Shown here: piece by piece, positions 25,460 through 40,540 of the stretch
Position numbering within the stretch: position 1 is the stretch's first letter
Layout of the letters: each line of letters begins with the position of its first letter
Assembly (NCBI RefSeq): GCF_006345805.1
Contig: NC_043011.1
Location: 34,670,464-34,734,463, forward strand
DNA from: Octopus sinensis
Lineage: Eukaryota
Length of the DNA stretch: 64,000 nucleotides
Direction of reading: 5' to 3'
Notes under the pieces: generated by a model
Told to the model about the DNA's origin: nothing
Databases searched by the model: none
What the model saw: only the letters and a program-made list of their open reading frames with translations
Position numbers and translations under genes: made by a program

Positions 25460-25990
25460 TTATAGTTTGATGGAAAATTATGAGCCAGGAAAAACAGAAC
25501 TAAGAATTTTGATATTACAAAGAAATCCACCGACTTGGTCCAAAAATATTTATTGCCCAGTTTACAGGATAGTTTTCCTGATCACTCGGGTGGTTTGAAT
25601 CGGGATGATTCATTGCTTATAATTACGACCACTGGTGAGGTTTGCAATGAAAGGCCTAGGAAGCTATTACGTAATATTTTTAGCAATTATTAACTAGGAA
25701 TTGCAGTGGAAAATAACTTTAAGACGGCCAACTGCCTCGATTTCACCCTGGACCGTAACCTAGGGTTATTTTATCCATGCTACAAGCCAGATTATAATCT
25801 TTACGTAAACAGCTACTCCAATCACATGAGAAGTATGATAAAATTTGTCGTATAAGAGATCTCAGGGGTCTCTACTAAAATTTCACATTTGTCAGCAAAT
25901 GAAAATATCTTTAGGCAACATGCTCAGTACTATGAGGTCCTTTATAGGGCAGGTTACAAAGACATAATTACTTTTATACCAACATCCAGA
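25460..25990 (+). mobile_element. Penelope-like RT palm/thumb fragment
   Basis: GGLNRDDSL (YRDD remnant)...TANCLDFTLDRNLGLFYPCYKPDYNLYVNSYSNH. Confidence 0.65.
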
Positions 25991-26540
25991 CGACCTTTCA
26001 ACAACAATAGTGTAAGCTACAACAAAATCAGCAGCAACAACAACTAGTGGAGGCGCAATGACCCAGTGATTAGGGAAGCGGACTCTCGGTCGTAAGGACG
26101 CTGTTTCGATTCCCAGACTGGGAATTGTGAGTGTTTATTGAGCAAAAACACCTAAGCTCCACGAGGCTCCGGCTGTACTCTTTCACCACAACTTTCTCTC
26201 ACTCTTCTTCATACTTCTGCCACAAAGCAGAGGATCCATGGTGTAACCCACTATGATGTTGTAAACTTTCAGACCCTAGTCTAAATTGCGAATCCTCTAT
26301 ACACCAGGATGGTTCAGCTCTCCACCCGTTAAAAGCCACCGTTTACGGAATGAGAATAACAACGTAGCTTTCGCGCCCGTGCAACCGCCAGTCTACCGTG
26401 TGGTGGGTGGATCTTCGAGTTGCCATGCGCATTTTTAGTAGCTTAGAGTCGGCTCGAGTTAGATATTATTCTTTGTGGCTAATGGTGTGAGTCCTGATTG
26501 GGAGAAGAAAGAAGAACAACGACATCGACTGCTGCTGCTG

Positions 26541-26583
<43 letters not shown>

Positions 26584-26837
26584 AACTTCAACGACACGCG
26601 TAATTAACCACCAATTTCTATATTTCTGTAGTAAAAAGGAGCGTTCTATAGCAGGTTCACTCAAACCACGACATACATTATTTGTATGGAATGTCTTCAT
26701 TACGGTATAAATGGAGCGAAACGGCGAAATTTAGACTGAGACAACCAATAAGTGAGAATAGAAAATTTAACTTTGCTTCCCTGAAAATAGGAAAACGAAT
26801 AAGCAAGCCATGCACACTCGAACTAATGTAATACAGT

Positions 26838-27335
<498 letters not shown>

Positions 27336-27466
27336 CTATACATAATTTTTTGACAACTTTGCAATGTAGTTCCCAAATATGATAAAGAGCTTCTTGTGTA
27401 AACACATGTAAATTGAAATAAATTGTATTTTCATAAGATGAAACGTTATATGTTATTATTATATAT

Positions 27467-27825
27467 GAAATGAAGGCGATTTTTTCTTTTACTTCCCACA
27501 AGGGGACAAGTGAAATGAAGGCGATTTTTTTTTTACTTCCCACAAGGGGACAAGTGAAATGAAGGCGATTTTTTTTTTTACTTCCCACAAGGGGACAAGT
27601 GAAATGAAGGCGGCAAGCTGGCAGAATCGTTTGTGTGCTGGACGAAATGCTTAGCGGTACTTTGCCCGTCGATACGTTCTGACTCGAAATTCCGCCGAGG
27701 TCGACTTTGCCTTTCATCCTCTCGGGGGTCGATAAAGTAAGTACCAGTTGAACACTGGGATCGATGTGACCGATTCATCTCCACCTCCCCCAAGCTGCCC
27801 TTGTGGCAAAAATTTGAAACGATTA
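27467..27825 (+). repeat. Three ~44-bp tandem units leading into a SINE-A
   Basis: GAAATGAAGGCGATTTTTTT..ACTTCCCACAAGGGGACAAGT x3, then GAAATGAAGGCGGCAAGCTGGCAG. Confidence 0.85.
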
Positions 27826-28015
27826 TTAAAGATGAAATGGGAAAAAAAAGTCAACATGTAGGCCTGACTGAGTGGTAAAAAGTTTTCTTCACAACTACGT
27901 GGTTCTGGGTTCAGTCCCACTGCGTGGCATCTTGAGCAAGTGTCTTCTACTATAGTCTCGGGTCAACCAAAGCCTTGTGAGTGGATTTGGTAGATGGAAA
28001 TTGAAAGAAGTCTGT

Positions 28016-28052
<37 letters not shown>

Positions 28053-28727
28053 CCAGTGTTAATGTGTTTACATTGACTAAAATTCTTCGAGGTGGTGCTC
28101 CAGCATGGCCGCAGTCTAATAACAGATAAAAGATGTATTTTTTCTTAATTTATTGGTGGAAAAAAAAAGGACCTGCGATCTTTAAAATATGAATATCATG
28201 AAAGCACTTTAAAAGTAATCCAAAATATTACATTAAGTATAGGGTAACAACATGATCGATCAGTTTTTAAATACTTACTCGTTAGTAATTCAGAAAGTCG
28301 GCTTACAGTATTTGATGGTATAGTACAATATAAAATGTAATCTCTTTTCCATAGAAAAAAAAAGTCTTTCAAAACATCATCTTGGGTCCTTGAAGCGAAT
28401 CTGAGTTTCCATAAGATAATTTTTCCCGTTGATGCTCAACTACAGATTAATTTTAATCCAGACGGTCTCTTCAAATTAGCCTGACTCTATAGATAAACGT
28501 TGCTTTTATTACTTGTGCTATATATCCAGCGTTAAGTTCTAAGTTTCGATGACACTGCTGTTTATTCTTTCATCGTTTCGGGGTCGATAAAATAAGTACC
28601 TGTTGAGCAGTGGAGTCGATGTGATTGATTTGCCCTTCCTATCAAAATCGTTGGCCTTATGCAAAAATTTAGAAAAACATTATTGTAATGTGAAATGAGT
28701 TGTCGTATCAATATTTTCACTGTCGTA

Positions 28728-29160
28728 AGGCGTCGAGCTGGCAGAAACGTTAGCACGCCGGGCGAAATGCTTAGCAGTATTTCGTCTGCCGCTACGTTCT
28801 GAGTTCAAATTCCGCCGAGGTCGACTTTGCCTTTCATCCTTTCGGGGTCGATAAATTAAGTACCAGTTACACACTGGTCTCGATGCAATTGACTTGATCC
28901 GTTTGTCTGTCCTTGTTTGTCCCCTCTATGTTTAGCCCCTTTTGGGTAGTAAAGAAATAAGAAACGTTAGCACGCCGGGCGAAATGCTTAGGAGTATTTC
29001 GTCTGTGTTTACGTTCCGAGTTCAAATTCCGCAAAGGTCGACTTTGCATTTCATCCTTTCAGGGTCGATAAATTAAGAACCAACTGCGTATTGGGGTCGA
29101 TCTAAACGACTGGCCCCCCTCCCCCAAAATTTCAGGCCATGTGCCTAGAGTAGAAAGAAA
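28728..29160 (+). mobile_element. Dimeric SINE-A
   Basis: A full monomer to about 28959 is followed by a restart at AGAAACGTTAGCACGCC with a different 3' tail. Confidence 0.85.
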
Positions 29161-29474
29161 CCCTTGGTGATTTCTTGCTTTATGTTCAGTTGTACTGCTA
29201 AATTACTTTTTATATACAGTAATGCTTTCTTCTATAGCTGATGTACTTTTGAAATGCTTTGTACTCTTACTAGTAGATTGTTTTAAATATTACACGCTTT
29301 AACGCACTGTAAACTCTAATTTCCCTAAATATGGCGCTGTTGAAATTGGAGTGCGTCTAATATGACCATGTATCTTTTTATGCCATCAAATACGATATAT
29401 TTTTACATTCTCCCATTATTTTTGGTTTCAGTTTTTAATTATGTTACTTTCTTTCCACTTTTACTTCACATAAA

Positions 29475-29620
29475 TATTGGGTTGTCTGGAAAGTTCGTGC
29501 CGATTTATAGTAGCTTACCTTTCGACTTACCCTCCCCGGCACCTTAATTCAAGTTAAAGGAAAGATGGAGACGCATTGTGCAACAAAATGATTGATTAAA
29601 AATGTAATGGCAAGTATTCA
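29475..29620 (+). mobile_element. Internally deleted mariner remnant
   Basis: TATTGGGTTGTCTGGAAAGTTCGTGCCGATTT terminus plus LKERWRRIVQQN (mariner C-terminus). Confidence 0.55.
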
Positions 29621-29880
29621 TTATTATTATGATTATTATGATTATTATTATTATTATTATTTACTTTTAATCTGCATGTTTGTTATATTCACTTGTTAAG
29701 ACACACCCAGTGTCCTAGGGCGAGTGAAGGATAAAAGATGTTACAGTATGACTGAAGGCTTGGGGAGGGGAAGTGGCAGCGGCAGTAGCGAAATATCTTC
29801 ATGTAATACAACAGAGATATTTAAATCGATAGGGTCTTTCTAAGGACATAGGACAGTACTTGTCAGCGCATTATAATAAA

Positions 29881-30583
<703 letters not shown>

Positions 30584-30603
30584 TATTATTATCATTATTA
30601 TTA

Positions 30604-31563
30604 TCTTTTTCTTTCAAATTTGCTTCCATTCCTTGCCGAGTGTCTTCCCGACTCCTAGGGCAAAGAAACTCATAGTATACATTGGTAGACCATTAAACTA
30701 AACTCAATAGTTCGTTCATTTTTTTTTTAAGTTAAAAAAACTATTACTACATGGGTAGTAATAGTTCTCACAGCGACAATGCTCTTCTCAATACGTGTGA
30801 TGTACCAGTTAAGACAATCTTTTGCACTTCTTGCAGGGATGGTAAGCCAGGGATCATTCTCATATAATTTTTGGTTCCCTTCTTGATCATTCCTAGTGCT
30901 CCTACGATCACTGGTATTGTAACCGCCTTGAGATGCCACATTTTCTCAATTTCAATGAGCAGGTCTTTATATTTTCTGAGCTTGTCAAACTCTTTCGCCG
31001 AAATATTATGATCACAGGGGATGCTCATGTCGATCAATAAGCAAACTTTATTGTTTTTGTCTTTCACAACAATATCTGGTTTATTGGCTTTGATGGTTCG
31101 GTCTGTATGTACTGGAAAGTCCCACAGAATCGTTACACTTTCTCCTTCAGTTACAGCTTCAGGGTGGTGATTATACCACTTGTCGGCAGTTTTGATATTG
31201 TAATGCCGACTTATTAGCCAGTGTAGATATTGGCCAACTCTGTCATGTCTTAATTTATACTCCACTGGTGCTAAGACTTTACATCCAGAGATTAGGTGGT
31301 CCACTGTTTCAATCATGTCATTGCAGAATCGGCATTTTGGGTCTGCTCCATTTTTCATTACATTGGCCTGGTAGTTCCGGGTTAATAGGCTTTGATCTTG
31401 AGCAGCCAGGATGAAACCTTCGCTCTCTGCTTTTAGCCCTGAGCTCCGTAGCCACTGATGGGTTTGCTTCTGGTCGACATCAGCTTGTTTGCTACGGGCC
31501 ACATATTTGCCGTGCAGAGGTTTCTCCTCCTACCTATCAGCCAATTGCTCGTGCGCTTTTTTC

Positions 31564-31564
<1 letters not shown>
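30604..31564 (-). mobile_element. 5'-truncated R4/Dong-clade LINE: CCHC knuckle and restriction-like endonuclease, open for 244 aa
   Basis: HGKY...WLRSSGLKAESEGFILAAQDQSL.TRNY...CRFCNDMIETVDHLISGC...RHDRV...KPDIVV...IDMSIP...KLRKYKDL. (TAA)n lies on both sides. Confidence 0.92.
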
Positions 31565-31609
<45 letters not shown>

Positions 31610-31614
31610 TATTA

Positions 31615-31683
<69 letters not shown>

Positions 31684-32466
31684 ATGACATGAGTTCCAGT
31701 TTGAGCACTGGGGGTTGATGTAATCGACTTCCCCGTCCCTAAAATTCGCTGGTCTTGTATCAAAATAAGAAAGGATCAATTATTATAACTTGTGGAATTG
31801 TCATAATAACATTTTCACTACCGTCATTTGCTCTAAATTCAGCTGCACTACTATTTTTTTTTACATAAAGTGATATTTTCTTTCATAGCTAAAGTACTTT
31901 TGTAATGTTTATGAATTAGTGTTGTGGTAAATATACTATTAGATTGCTTTGAATCTTACACGCTTTAACGCCCCCAAACCACTTTTCCTCGCTGAATATG
32001 CGCTATTGAAATTGTAGCGCGTCTAATATGTCCATGATTCATATATTTTTACATTCTCCCGCTATTTTTGGTTTCAATATTTAATCGTTATGTTCCTTTC
32101 ACTTTTACCTTGCGTAAGTGATTCACATTCCAGCTGTCAAACGACACTCAGAATTGCAATAAAATAAGCAAAACTTAACCTAATTAACTGAAAAGTGCTT
32201 TGGCGACATTAAACGAATTCCAGCCCCTTACAAAGAACATATGTTTTGGAAATAATACAAGCGCTAATTATACTGTACCATTTGAGAAGTTTCATTAAAG
32301 GAACTGCGGCCATGCTGGAACAGTGTCTTGATGGGGTTTTTTCATCGTTTATATTGTCCCTCCTACTAAATTTCAGCCTGGCGAAAGAGATTATTTATTT
32401 ATATTTATAGAATCGTCTTGTGTTCTGCCCGAAGAGGAAGGTGGTGACAGAAGAAAGCGATGCTCT

Positions 32467-32697
32467 GCGAGCTGGCAGAAACGTTAGCACGCCGGGCGAA
32501 ATGCTTAGCAGTATTTCGTCTGCCGTTACGTTCTGAGTTCAAATTCCGCCGAGGTAGACTTTGCCTTTCATACTTTCGGGGTCGATAAATTAAGTACCAG
32601 TAACGCACTGGGGTCGATATTATCGACTTAATACGTTCGTCTTTTCTTGTTTGTCCTCTCTGTGTTTAGCCCCTTGTGGGTAGTAAAGAAATAGGTA
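32467..32697 (+). mobile_element. SINE family A
   Basis: Matches the family consensus. Another full copy lies at 33538-33768. Confidence 0.85.
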
Positions 32698-32699
32698 AA

Positions 32700-33490
32700 T
32701 ACAAGTTTGGTTTTCAATTGTTTTATAGCTTTTGTTGTTTCTTCTTCATATTTGTTAGGTAGTATGATTTCTTGTTTGTATTTGTCAGCTTCCTTAAATA
32801 CTGAGAACAGGTTTTTGTTTTGCTCGTATTTTGCGGCTATTTGTATCAGTGAAACAGGTGAGGTCGAATGTGTCTACCCTGAATATGCTTACAAAGGACT
32901 GCGTGGTCTATGTCTTCTAGGAATTACCAATTGTAATAGCTGTATCAGTGTTGCGTTGTTAGGTTGCTGTCTCCAAATGTATCAGGGCTGTACAGTTCGT
33001 TTCTTTATCAATTGTACGGATCTGCGTGGTTTGTTTTCTCCCGGGGTCACCAAATGTCATGGTCGAATTAAGTTTATGAGAAGCATCTGGTTTTACCAGA
33101 TGTAACTGCTGAATTGTCGCTATAAGTGTTATTTCTGTTATCAGGACGTTATGGCTATGATTGGTATAAAGCTTGGTAAGTAGAGAAAGCTGCGTGTTGG
33201 TTAATTTATAGTCCCAAGAATAAATGACAGAAAAATATAGATCATATTTGCATTAGCTTTTATTTACCGTTACGTTGTGAACAATTTCTGGAGTTTATGT
33301 ATTTTAGGTTGTCGTTAGCTTTGTGGTATGGTTTGAATAAGCCAGTACTTAGATCTAATGTGATATCTAAGAAGTTGACAACGGTGTATTCATCTTCTAT
33401 TGAGATGAATAACTCTATGCCTTTAAAGAGCTTGACTAACTTTTTCTGTATCTTTCTAGTTCGCTCCGAGCCGAGCTGATTGAAAAACCC
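32700..33490 (-). mobile_element. Penelope-like RT thumb fragment
   Basis: Reverse complement reads SELERYRKKLVKLFKGIELFISIEDEYTVVNFLDITLDLSTGLFKPYHKANDNLKYINS (about 33290-33470). Confidence 0.7.
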
Positions 33491-34004
33491 TGAACGAAGC
33501 TGTACAGAAAATTATACCCGGTTGCATATGCAACTAAAGGCGGCGAACTGGCAGAAACGTTAGCACGCCAGGCTAAATGCGTAGCTGTATTTCGTCTGCC
33601 GTTACGTTCTGAGTTCAAATTCCGCCGGGGTTGACTTTGCCTTTCATCCTTTCGGGGTCGATAAATAAAGTACCAGTTACGCACTGGGGTCGATGTAATC
33701 GACTTAATCCCTTTGTCTGTCCTTGTTCGTCCCCTCTATGTTTAGCCCCTTGTGGGCAGTAAAGAAATATATATGCAATTGTATATATAATAAATGCAGC
33801 TGAAATACTTGTAGGTCGTCATAACCATAAAATTATGCTGCATGATATACCATAGAATAAAAGGAAATAAATTTTGAGGATGTTGCATATGCAACTCCTC
33901 ATATTCTGTGCAGTGCAAAACGTGTAGGTCGTCGTAACCATAAAAATATGCTGTATGACATAATGTAAAATAAAAGGAAATAATATAGGAGGATTAGTTA
34001 ATTA

Positions 34005-34110
34005 CGATTTTATTCAACGTATTCCCCTTTCAGATTCACACACTTATTGCATCAGTCCTTCAGATTTTCTAAGCCCTGTAAAAAAAAATTGGAAGTCAGG
34101 CTTTCCACGA
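34005..34110 (-). mobile_element. Mariner 3' end remnant
   Basis: Reverse complement reads GLENLKD*CNKCVNLKGEYVE*. Confidence 0.6.
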
Positions 34111-34279
34111 TACCCTTAAAACCAGGAACTTTTTAGCGATCCCCGTAAAGATATTGTTGTAAATGAAGTGTGTAGTCTCTGAATGTGTGTGAAGGGTGGG
34201 AGTGAGTGTGGATTACAAGTGCTCATTTGTAGTCTAATCCCACTCCCATCCTTTATACATACACATGCGCACAGACACA

Positions 34280-34347
<68 letters not shown>

Positions 34348-34520
34348 GAAAACACATCAAACAATCTCTTTTTAGTTACGTTTCACTTACCCTATCTGCT
34401 CTCACTTGACAATTTCCTCCTCTTTTCTTCACTCATTTTTACCTTCATACCGTTCAAAACGCTAATTAAAGCACATGTATCACATTGCTCTTCTCCCCTC
34501 AAAATAATTGTTTACCTTCC

Positions 34521-34556
34521 TCGCTTGATGAAGGACCATTGTCCAAAACGTCGAAT
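34521..34556 (+). ncRNA. Decayed minimal hammerhead
   Basis: TTGATGA-A-GGAC-CATT-GTCC-AAAACGTC, with two core substitutions (C3 and G12) relative to CUGAUGA/GAAAC. Confidence 0.4.
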
Positions 34557-34671
34557 GCACACCTGTCTATTCCTTACAGTGTAAAACTAATAACTAGACA
34601 CAGTGTATTCTTGGCTGCTGTTTCTTTTTCTTTGTTTATTTTGTTTATTTTTTCTTGTTACTGAAATATTA

Positions 34672-35821
34672 CACTGGTCAACACATTTTCTGGCACAATG
34701 TTTATCAACGGTTTTTAGTTAATTTTGGGGTGCTGAATCCCAATCTCGTATCAAACTTTGTCTATCACATCAGATTTTTGAGATACAAAATCTTTAGTTT
34801 TGATAGAAACAGTTACTTAATGCTCATAAAGGAAGAATTAAACATACGTAAATGCAATTTTAATAGACAATACATCTTTTTTAATGTAATAAATCAAAGC
34901 ACAAAGTTATGGGGCAAATGCACATTAGCGTGTAAGAATTAAGCTTGGTGATAACAAAATACGAATACAAAATCTCTCTTTCTCTTTTTTCTCAAATACT
35001 TGTTTCAGTCATTTGACTGCGGCCATGCTGAAGCACCGCCTTTAGTCGAGCAAATCGACCCCGGGACTTATTCTTTGTAAGCCCAGTACTTATTCTATCG
35101 GTCTCTTTTTGCCGAACCGCTAAGTGACGGGGACGTAAACACACCAGCATCGGTTGTCAAGCAATGCTAGGGGGACAAACACAGACACACAAACATACAC
35201 ACATACATATATATATATACATATATACGACAGGCTTCTTTCAGTTTCCGTCTACCAAATCCACTCACAAGGCATTGGTCGGCCCGAGGCTATAGTAGAA
35301 GACACTTGCCCAAGGCGCCACGCAGTGGGACTGAACCCGGAACCATGTGGTTGGTTAGCAAGCTACTTACCACACAGCCACTCCTATTCATTTTGTTCAT
35401 TCATTCTGATCATCTTATTTCTGCAAGAGCTTCCTTTTGTTCTTGTTTTTTGTTTTTGACAATCTCCTTTGCACAGCTTCTGGAATGTCTCTCATCAAGC
35501 TCCAGCAGTAATCTGCCAACATGTTTGAGTCCCATCGGCCTTGGGAGCGCTCTTCCATTACTTTTACATCTTCATGAAAGGGTTTGCCTTGTTCTTCGCT
35601 AACATCATCCAAGCCCTCTGGAAACTCACCCAAATGACTGTGTAAGTAGTGCAAGTTAATGCTCATTCTACATCCAAGTGCTTTGAAATTCACGATCAGC
35701 TCCTCTACAATCTCTTGGTAGCTGTCAGCTTTCCTGTCCCCTATGAAGTTCCGTACTACATCGTAGAAGGCATTCCAAGTTCTAGCCAAGTTTTGTCCTG
35801 AGTTTTTATTAAGGGAATTAT
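34672..35821 (-). mobile_element. Chapaev3 (CMC) DNA transposon 3' part, interrupted by SINE-B (about 34995-35386) and cut by a Gypsy LTR
   Basis: Terminus TTA|CACTGGTCAAC...GGGGTGCTGAATCC. Transposase C-terminus LGCRMSINLHYLHSHL..FPE.L..VSEEQG..FHED...MEER.QGRWD..MLADYCWSL. Confidence 0.7.
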
Positions 35822-38640
35822 TGTAATAATGGTACACCCGTCCCGCGTGACGAGTGGTATGAACTAGTCGCTATAAATAAGGTGACAACGGTCAGTATAG
35901 GGAGAGAGTACGAAGTAGACGTTCTTAGTCGTGTCTTGACTGGTCTAACTACTATATTGCTATACTGAACTGAACTGGACGTTATAACAATTCGACGACA
36001 GAGGATTACAACAGTGGCGACGAGGAATTAACAGACTCGCGAGGATTAAACAAATTCAGAAAAGTCTTTTGTGCGAATTATGGAAGATTTGTTGGCCGGT
36101 TTGCTCGAATTGCAAAAACAGCAGCAACAACAACAAAAAGAACAACAACAGCGGCAGCTACAACTACAAAAACAACAGCAGAAGCAACAATAACAATTAC
36201 TATTACCACAATAAATGCTACAGTCATCAGGAAAAAATGTTCTCGCCAGATTATGTTGCGAACTCGATAACAGAGTTTAAGTACAAACCAGACGAAGGAG
36301 TTACCTTTGAGGCTTACTATAGAAGATACGAACAAATCTTCAATAAAGAGTGCAAAGATTGGGACGACGACATGAAACCGCGTCTAATCCTAAGAAAACT
36401 GGCAGCAGGAGAACATGAGCATTACAACAATTACGTACTCCCGAAAAACCGTGACATAAATTTTAAAGATACACTAGACATATTGTAAAATTTTTAGTTA
36501 GAAAAGCTCGTTGTTCAATACACGTTGGAAATATTTGAACCTAGAAAAGAGCAACGAGGAGGACTACATCACATATGCTGGTAGAGTTAACAGATAATGT
36601 GATAAGTTCAAACTGGACGAATTAACGCCAGATATGTTCAAGTGCCTGATATTTACTCAGGGACTAACTGCAGATAAAGATGCAAAAGTAAGAACAAAAA
36701 TTCTCGCTAAGCTGGAATAAAACCAAGCTGTAACCTATAATAAAACCAAGTGTCAGAAGAGTGTAACAGAATAGTAAATTTAAGACACGACACAGAGACA
36801 ATTGAACACAAAGAATGCTCCCAAGTGAAACAAGTGTGAAATAGGCAGAATAGAAAACAAGTGTGTACTAAAATGCAGTACAAACAGGACAAGAATCAGG
36901 AAAAAAAAACATGTTTTGCATGTGGAGGGCTACACCTGAAGAAAGACTGTCTATTTAAGAAAGCGGAATGCTTCCGTTGTGAGAAAAATGGACGCATAAA
37001 AACGCACTGTAAAACCAAGTTGACAGAACATGGGAACAAATAAAAAAGAATAAACAGTATGTCGTCGAAAGAAAATGGTAATATAACAAAAAGAAAATTC
37101 GTAAATATGAAAATTAAAAATATCAGAGTAAAAATACAGTGATATTACTATTGTGAACGAACATACTTGGAAGCATATCGGTAAGCCGAAATTAAGTAAA
37201 TTTACAAATGTAGCACATGGTGTTACGGGTAAAAGATTGTATTTTGTCGGTGAATTTGTGTGGAATGTAACATTTCGTGATCAAATAAAAACGACAAAAG
37301 TATGTGTTAAAACTTCAATTAATCTATTCGGCACAGAGCGGCTGCATGCACTCCAACATTTCCTTGACCTTCGACCCAAACCCCTACCTGACACATCCAC
37401 ATTCCTTCGTCTGGCCGAACTTGTCCTCTCACTTAACTGCTTCTCGTTCGCGGGTGATTTTTACCAGCAGTTCTCAGGAGTGGCTATGGGAACGAGAATG
37501 GACCCCAACGTTGGCTACATTGAGACTCAAATATTCTCAAGTTATGAAGTGTTATATGGGGTACTTAAAGCAGAATTCCACCTGGCTCTCTCCCTGATAC
37601 ATTTATGCACCATACAGCAAAAAAGAAGGAACTATTCAAATTGTGGAATACGCCCACAAGTGTTTTGAAAGGGAACATTGTTGGTTCAATCGAAGGTTCG
37701 AAAGAGGCTGAGGGGCTGAAACAAAAAAAAATAAAACATTTATTTCCAGTTGTTTTCTCGGATGAACTGGGTTGCTGCATGAAAACAAAGGCAAAAATTG
37801 CAGTAAAACAAAGTGCGACACTTTAAACCAAATGGAATATACCGTTCGTGGCAAAATTCCGGACGATAAAAAGTGATCCTTGACCAAAAGTAGATACTCC
37901 GTGGTTGAGACTACATATCGATTTGCTGGCCCTTTAAATGGTTCATACTACTTAGTGGTAGTTGATAGTTTTTCTAAATGGCCAGAAATTTTTAAGTCTA
38001 AAAAACCAACCCCCTCAACTGTGACAACTTTTTACATGAGCTGTTTGCGAGATTTGGCACCCCAGCCGCGATAGTGTCTGAGAATGGAATGCAATTTGTG
38101 TCTTTTGAATTCAAAAAGTTCTGTAAAACGTTCGCTGTAGAACATGTAGCTACGGCGCATACCATCCCGTATCTAACGGACAAACGGAAAGCTTTGTCGA
38201 TACGTTCAAGAGAGTCCTAAGAAAGTCGAACAAGGAAGTCACGGATGAGGTAGCTCTACAACAACTCTTAAGAGTATAGCGTGTGACACCAAATCCAAAT
38301 ATACACCAACAGATGTGTCACCAGCGGAGCTGATATTTACGAGGAAAGTAAAATCAGTCTTCGACAAATTGCTACCGGGTAGGAAAAGAAAAATTGCAAA
38401 GGAAAATACAGCAAGATTTTTCAAAAGACATTTGTGAGGACATATAAGAACGGAAAGCTGAGTTGGGAAGATGGCGTGATTACCAAACGCATAGGAAAAT
38501 GCTATACTTGGTAAAAAGTAGAAAAGGTGTATACAAGAGACACATGAACCAACTGAAACAAAGATTCGTTGAGAGCAAACTCAAGGGAATGGAAGAACTA
38601 ATGGAATGGTTTTATGATACTTTTCAAGTACTAACGCGTT
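35822..38640 (+). mobile_element. Degraded Gypsy (Mag-like) LTR retrotransposon: 5' LTR, PBS, gag, protease, RT largely deleted, integrase
   Basis: LTR TG...CA at 35822-36013 and PBS TGGCGACGAGGA (tRNA-Ser-like) at 36015. Gag reads TFEAYYRRYEQIF, with two knuckles CFACGGLHLKKDC and CFRCEKNGRIKTHC. Integrase reads FAGPLNGSYYLVVVDSFSKWPEI. No 3' LTR was seen. Confidence 0.9.
37336..37642 (+). repeat. Copy of 43321-43635 (PLE RT piece plus flank) inserted in the Gypsy protease region
   Basis: Near-identical to 43321-43635, including the non-RT tail. Confidence 0.9.
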
Positions 38641-39093
38641 GATGATGGTGGTGGTGGTGGTAATGATAATTATGTTGATAACAGTAGTAGTAGAGTTGGT
38701 ATAAATGATGACAATGATGATGACAACGATGGTGATGATAAGGATAATGGTGATGATGAGGATGATGATGAGGATGTTGATGATGATTATGATGATAAGG
38801 ATGATGATGACATTGATCTCATATTAGTGAAATGCCGTCTATTATGGTGGCGGTGATGGTGGGGGTGGGTGGCAGCAGTATAATAAAATATCACGTTAAA
38901 AGTATGGTCTGTATTGTGGTGGTGGTGGTGGTGGTAGTGGTGGTGGTGCTGCTGCTGCTGCCGCTATTACTGGCAGTAATGGTGATAACGGGGGTGGGGC
39001 AGTGGTGTGGCGGCGGATGCTATATCACGTAACAGATGCCTTCTGCTTCAGATAACACGAAAAAAAACAAGCAATAAAAGAGTGATGATCATT

Positions 39094-39132
<39 letters not shown>

Positions 39133-39399
39133 GTAGCAGTGGTAGGGTAATTTACGCGGTAAAGAAAGGTTATCTATCCATCCTATGAATGAAAAAACAG
39201 AACGGGTACGTATGTACCCTAGATATATTAGTTTTTAATGACAGACCACATAATGTAATCCCAGATATGTTATGCGAAGAATGGATTGTTTCACACACAT
39301 TACTTATCACTCTTGCATAGAGGAAATAACTAGCTACGTATTTTATCTTGGTACTTCATATTCTCTTCAGACACAGGTACACTCGGCCTGAATTGAGCT

Positions 39400-39785
39400 T
39401 TGGATAGACAATGCAGTCCTAGATAATGATATCAAAGGAACACATTAGATAATGCAGTCCTTGATACACTATGCCTCAAAGCCAAATTAGATGATGTTGT
39501 ACTTGGTAGGCTATGTCTAAAAGACATTAGATAATGTAGTCTTTGATAGGTTGTGTCTAAAAGACACATTCGGTAATTTAGTTCTAGGTAGGCTATGCCT
39601 AAAGAACACATTAAATAATGTAGTCCTTGGTAGGCTATGTCCAAAAGACACATTAGGTAAGATAGTTCTAGATAGGCTATGTTTAAAGGAGACATTAGGT
39701 AAGGTAGTCCTAGGCAGGCTGTGCCTAGTGAACACATTAGATAACGTAGTCTAGATAGACTATGCCTATAGGACACATTAGACAC
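39400..39785 (+). repeat. Diverged 42-bp minisatellite (~9 units)
   Basis: ACACATTAGATAATGTAGTCCTAGATAGGCTATG-like units at 39606, 39648, 39690, 39732 and 39773. Confidence 0.85.
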
Positions 39786-39954
39786 AGGCACACACATGCA
39801 CGCATATGCACACACATGCACTCACGCACACATGCACTACACATGCACATAGACGCGCATGTGCACACTCACACGCACATGTACACACATATACACACAC
39901 ACACACACTCATTTGCTGTTTCTGTGCTCCCTGATTTAAGAAATGCGTAGCAGG

Positions 39955-39985
<31 letters not shown>

Positions 39986-40299
39986 CTATATATATATATA
40001 TATATACATACATATATATACACATATATATATATATATATAACACACATACATACACACACACATATATATATATATATACACACCATACATAACCACA
40101 CATATATATATATATATATAATATATATATATTATATTATATATATATATTATATATATATATACATATTATATACACTATATATTATACATATATATAT
40201 TATACAATACTATTATATACATATTATGTATATATATATATATATTATATATATATATTATATTATATATATATATACTCTCACGCACACACACACACA

Positions 40300-40540
40300 A
40301 GGAGAATAAAATATTATCCGCACTTTCGCCCCATAAAGTATCTTTATTTATTGTCACACTGCCTTCTTTTGCGCATGCGTGCTTATAGCTGGTACTATTG
40401 TGGTCACATGATCGAAGTTTGAGCCTGATCGCACCATTTTCCTTCCTGGCTTAACAGTGTAAGCATGGCCGCTCCACTAGCAATGTGCACCAAAGAAGAA
40501 CAAAGAGCGGGGATCCGATTTCTCAGGTTGGAAGGCGTGT
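40300..40540 (+). mobile_element. Mariner 5' end remnant
   Basis: MAAPLAMCTKEEQRAGIRFLRLEGV. The upstream terminus resembles 24565-24680. Confidence 0.65.

Noticed and set aside
33770-33985. Two ~114-bp direct repeats
   Set aside because: An ordinary short local duplication with no additional structure.
39432-39821. 14-aa repeat protein (leucine-rich-looking)
   Set aside because: It is a by-product of the 42-bp minisatellite, the frame shifts between units, and the sister array is not open.
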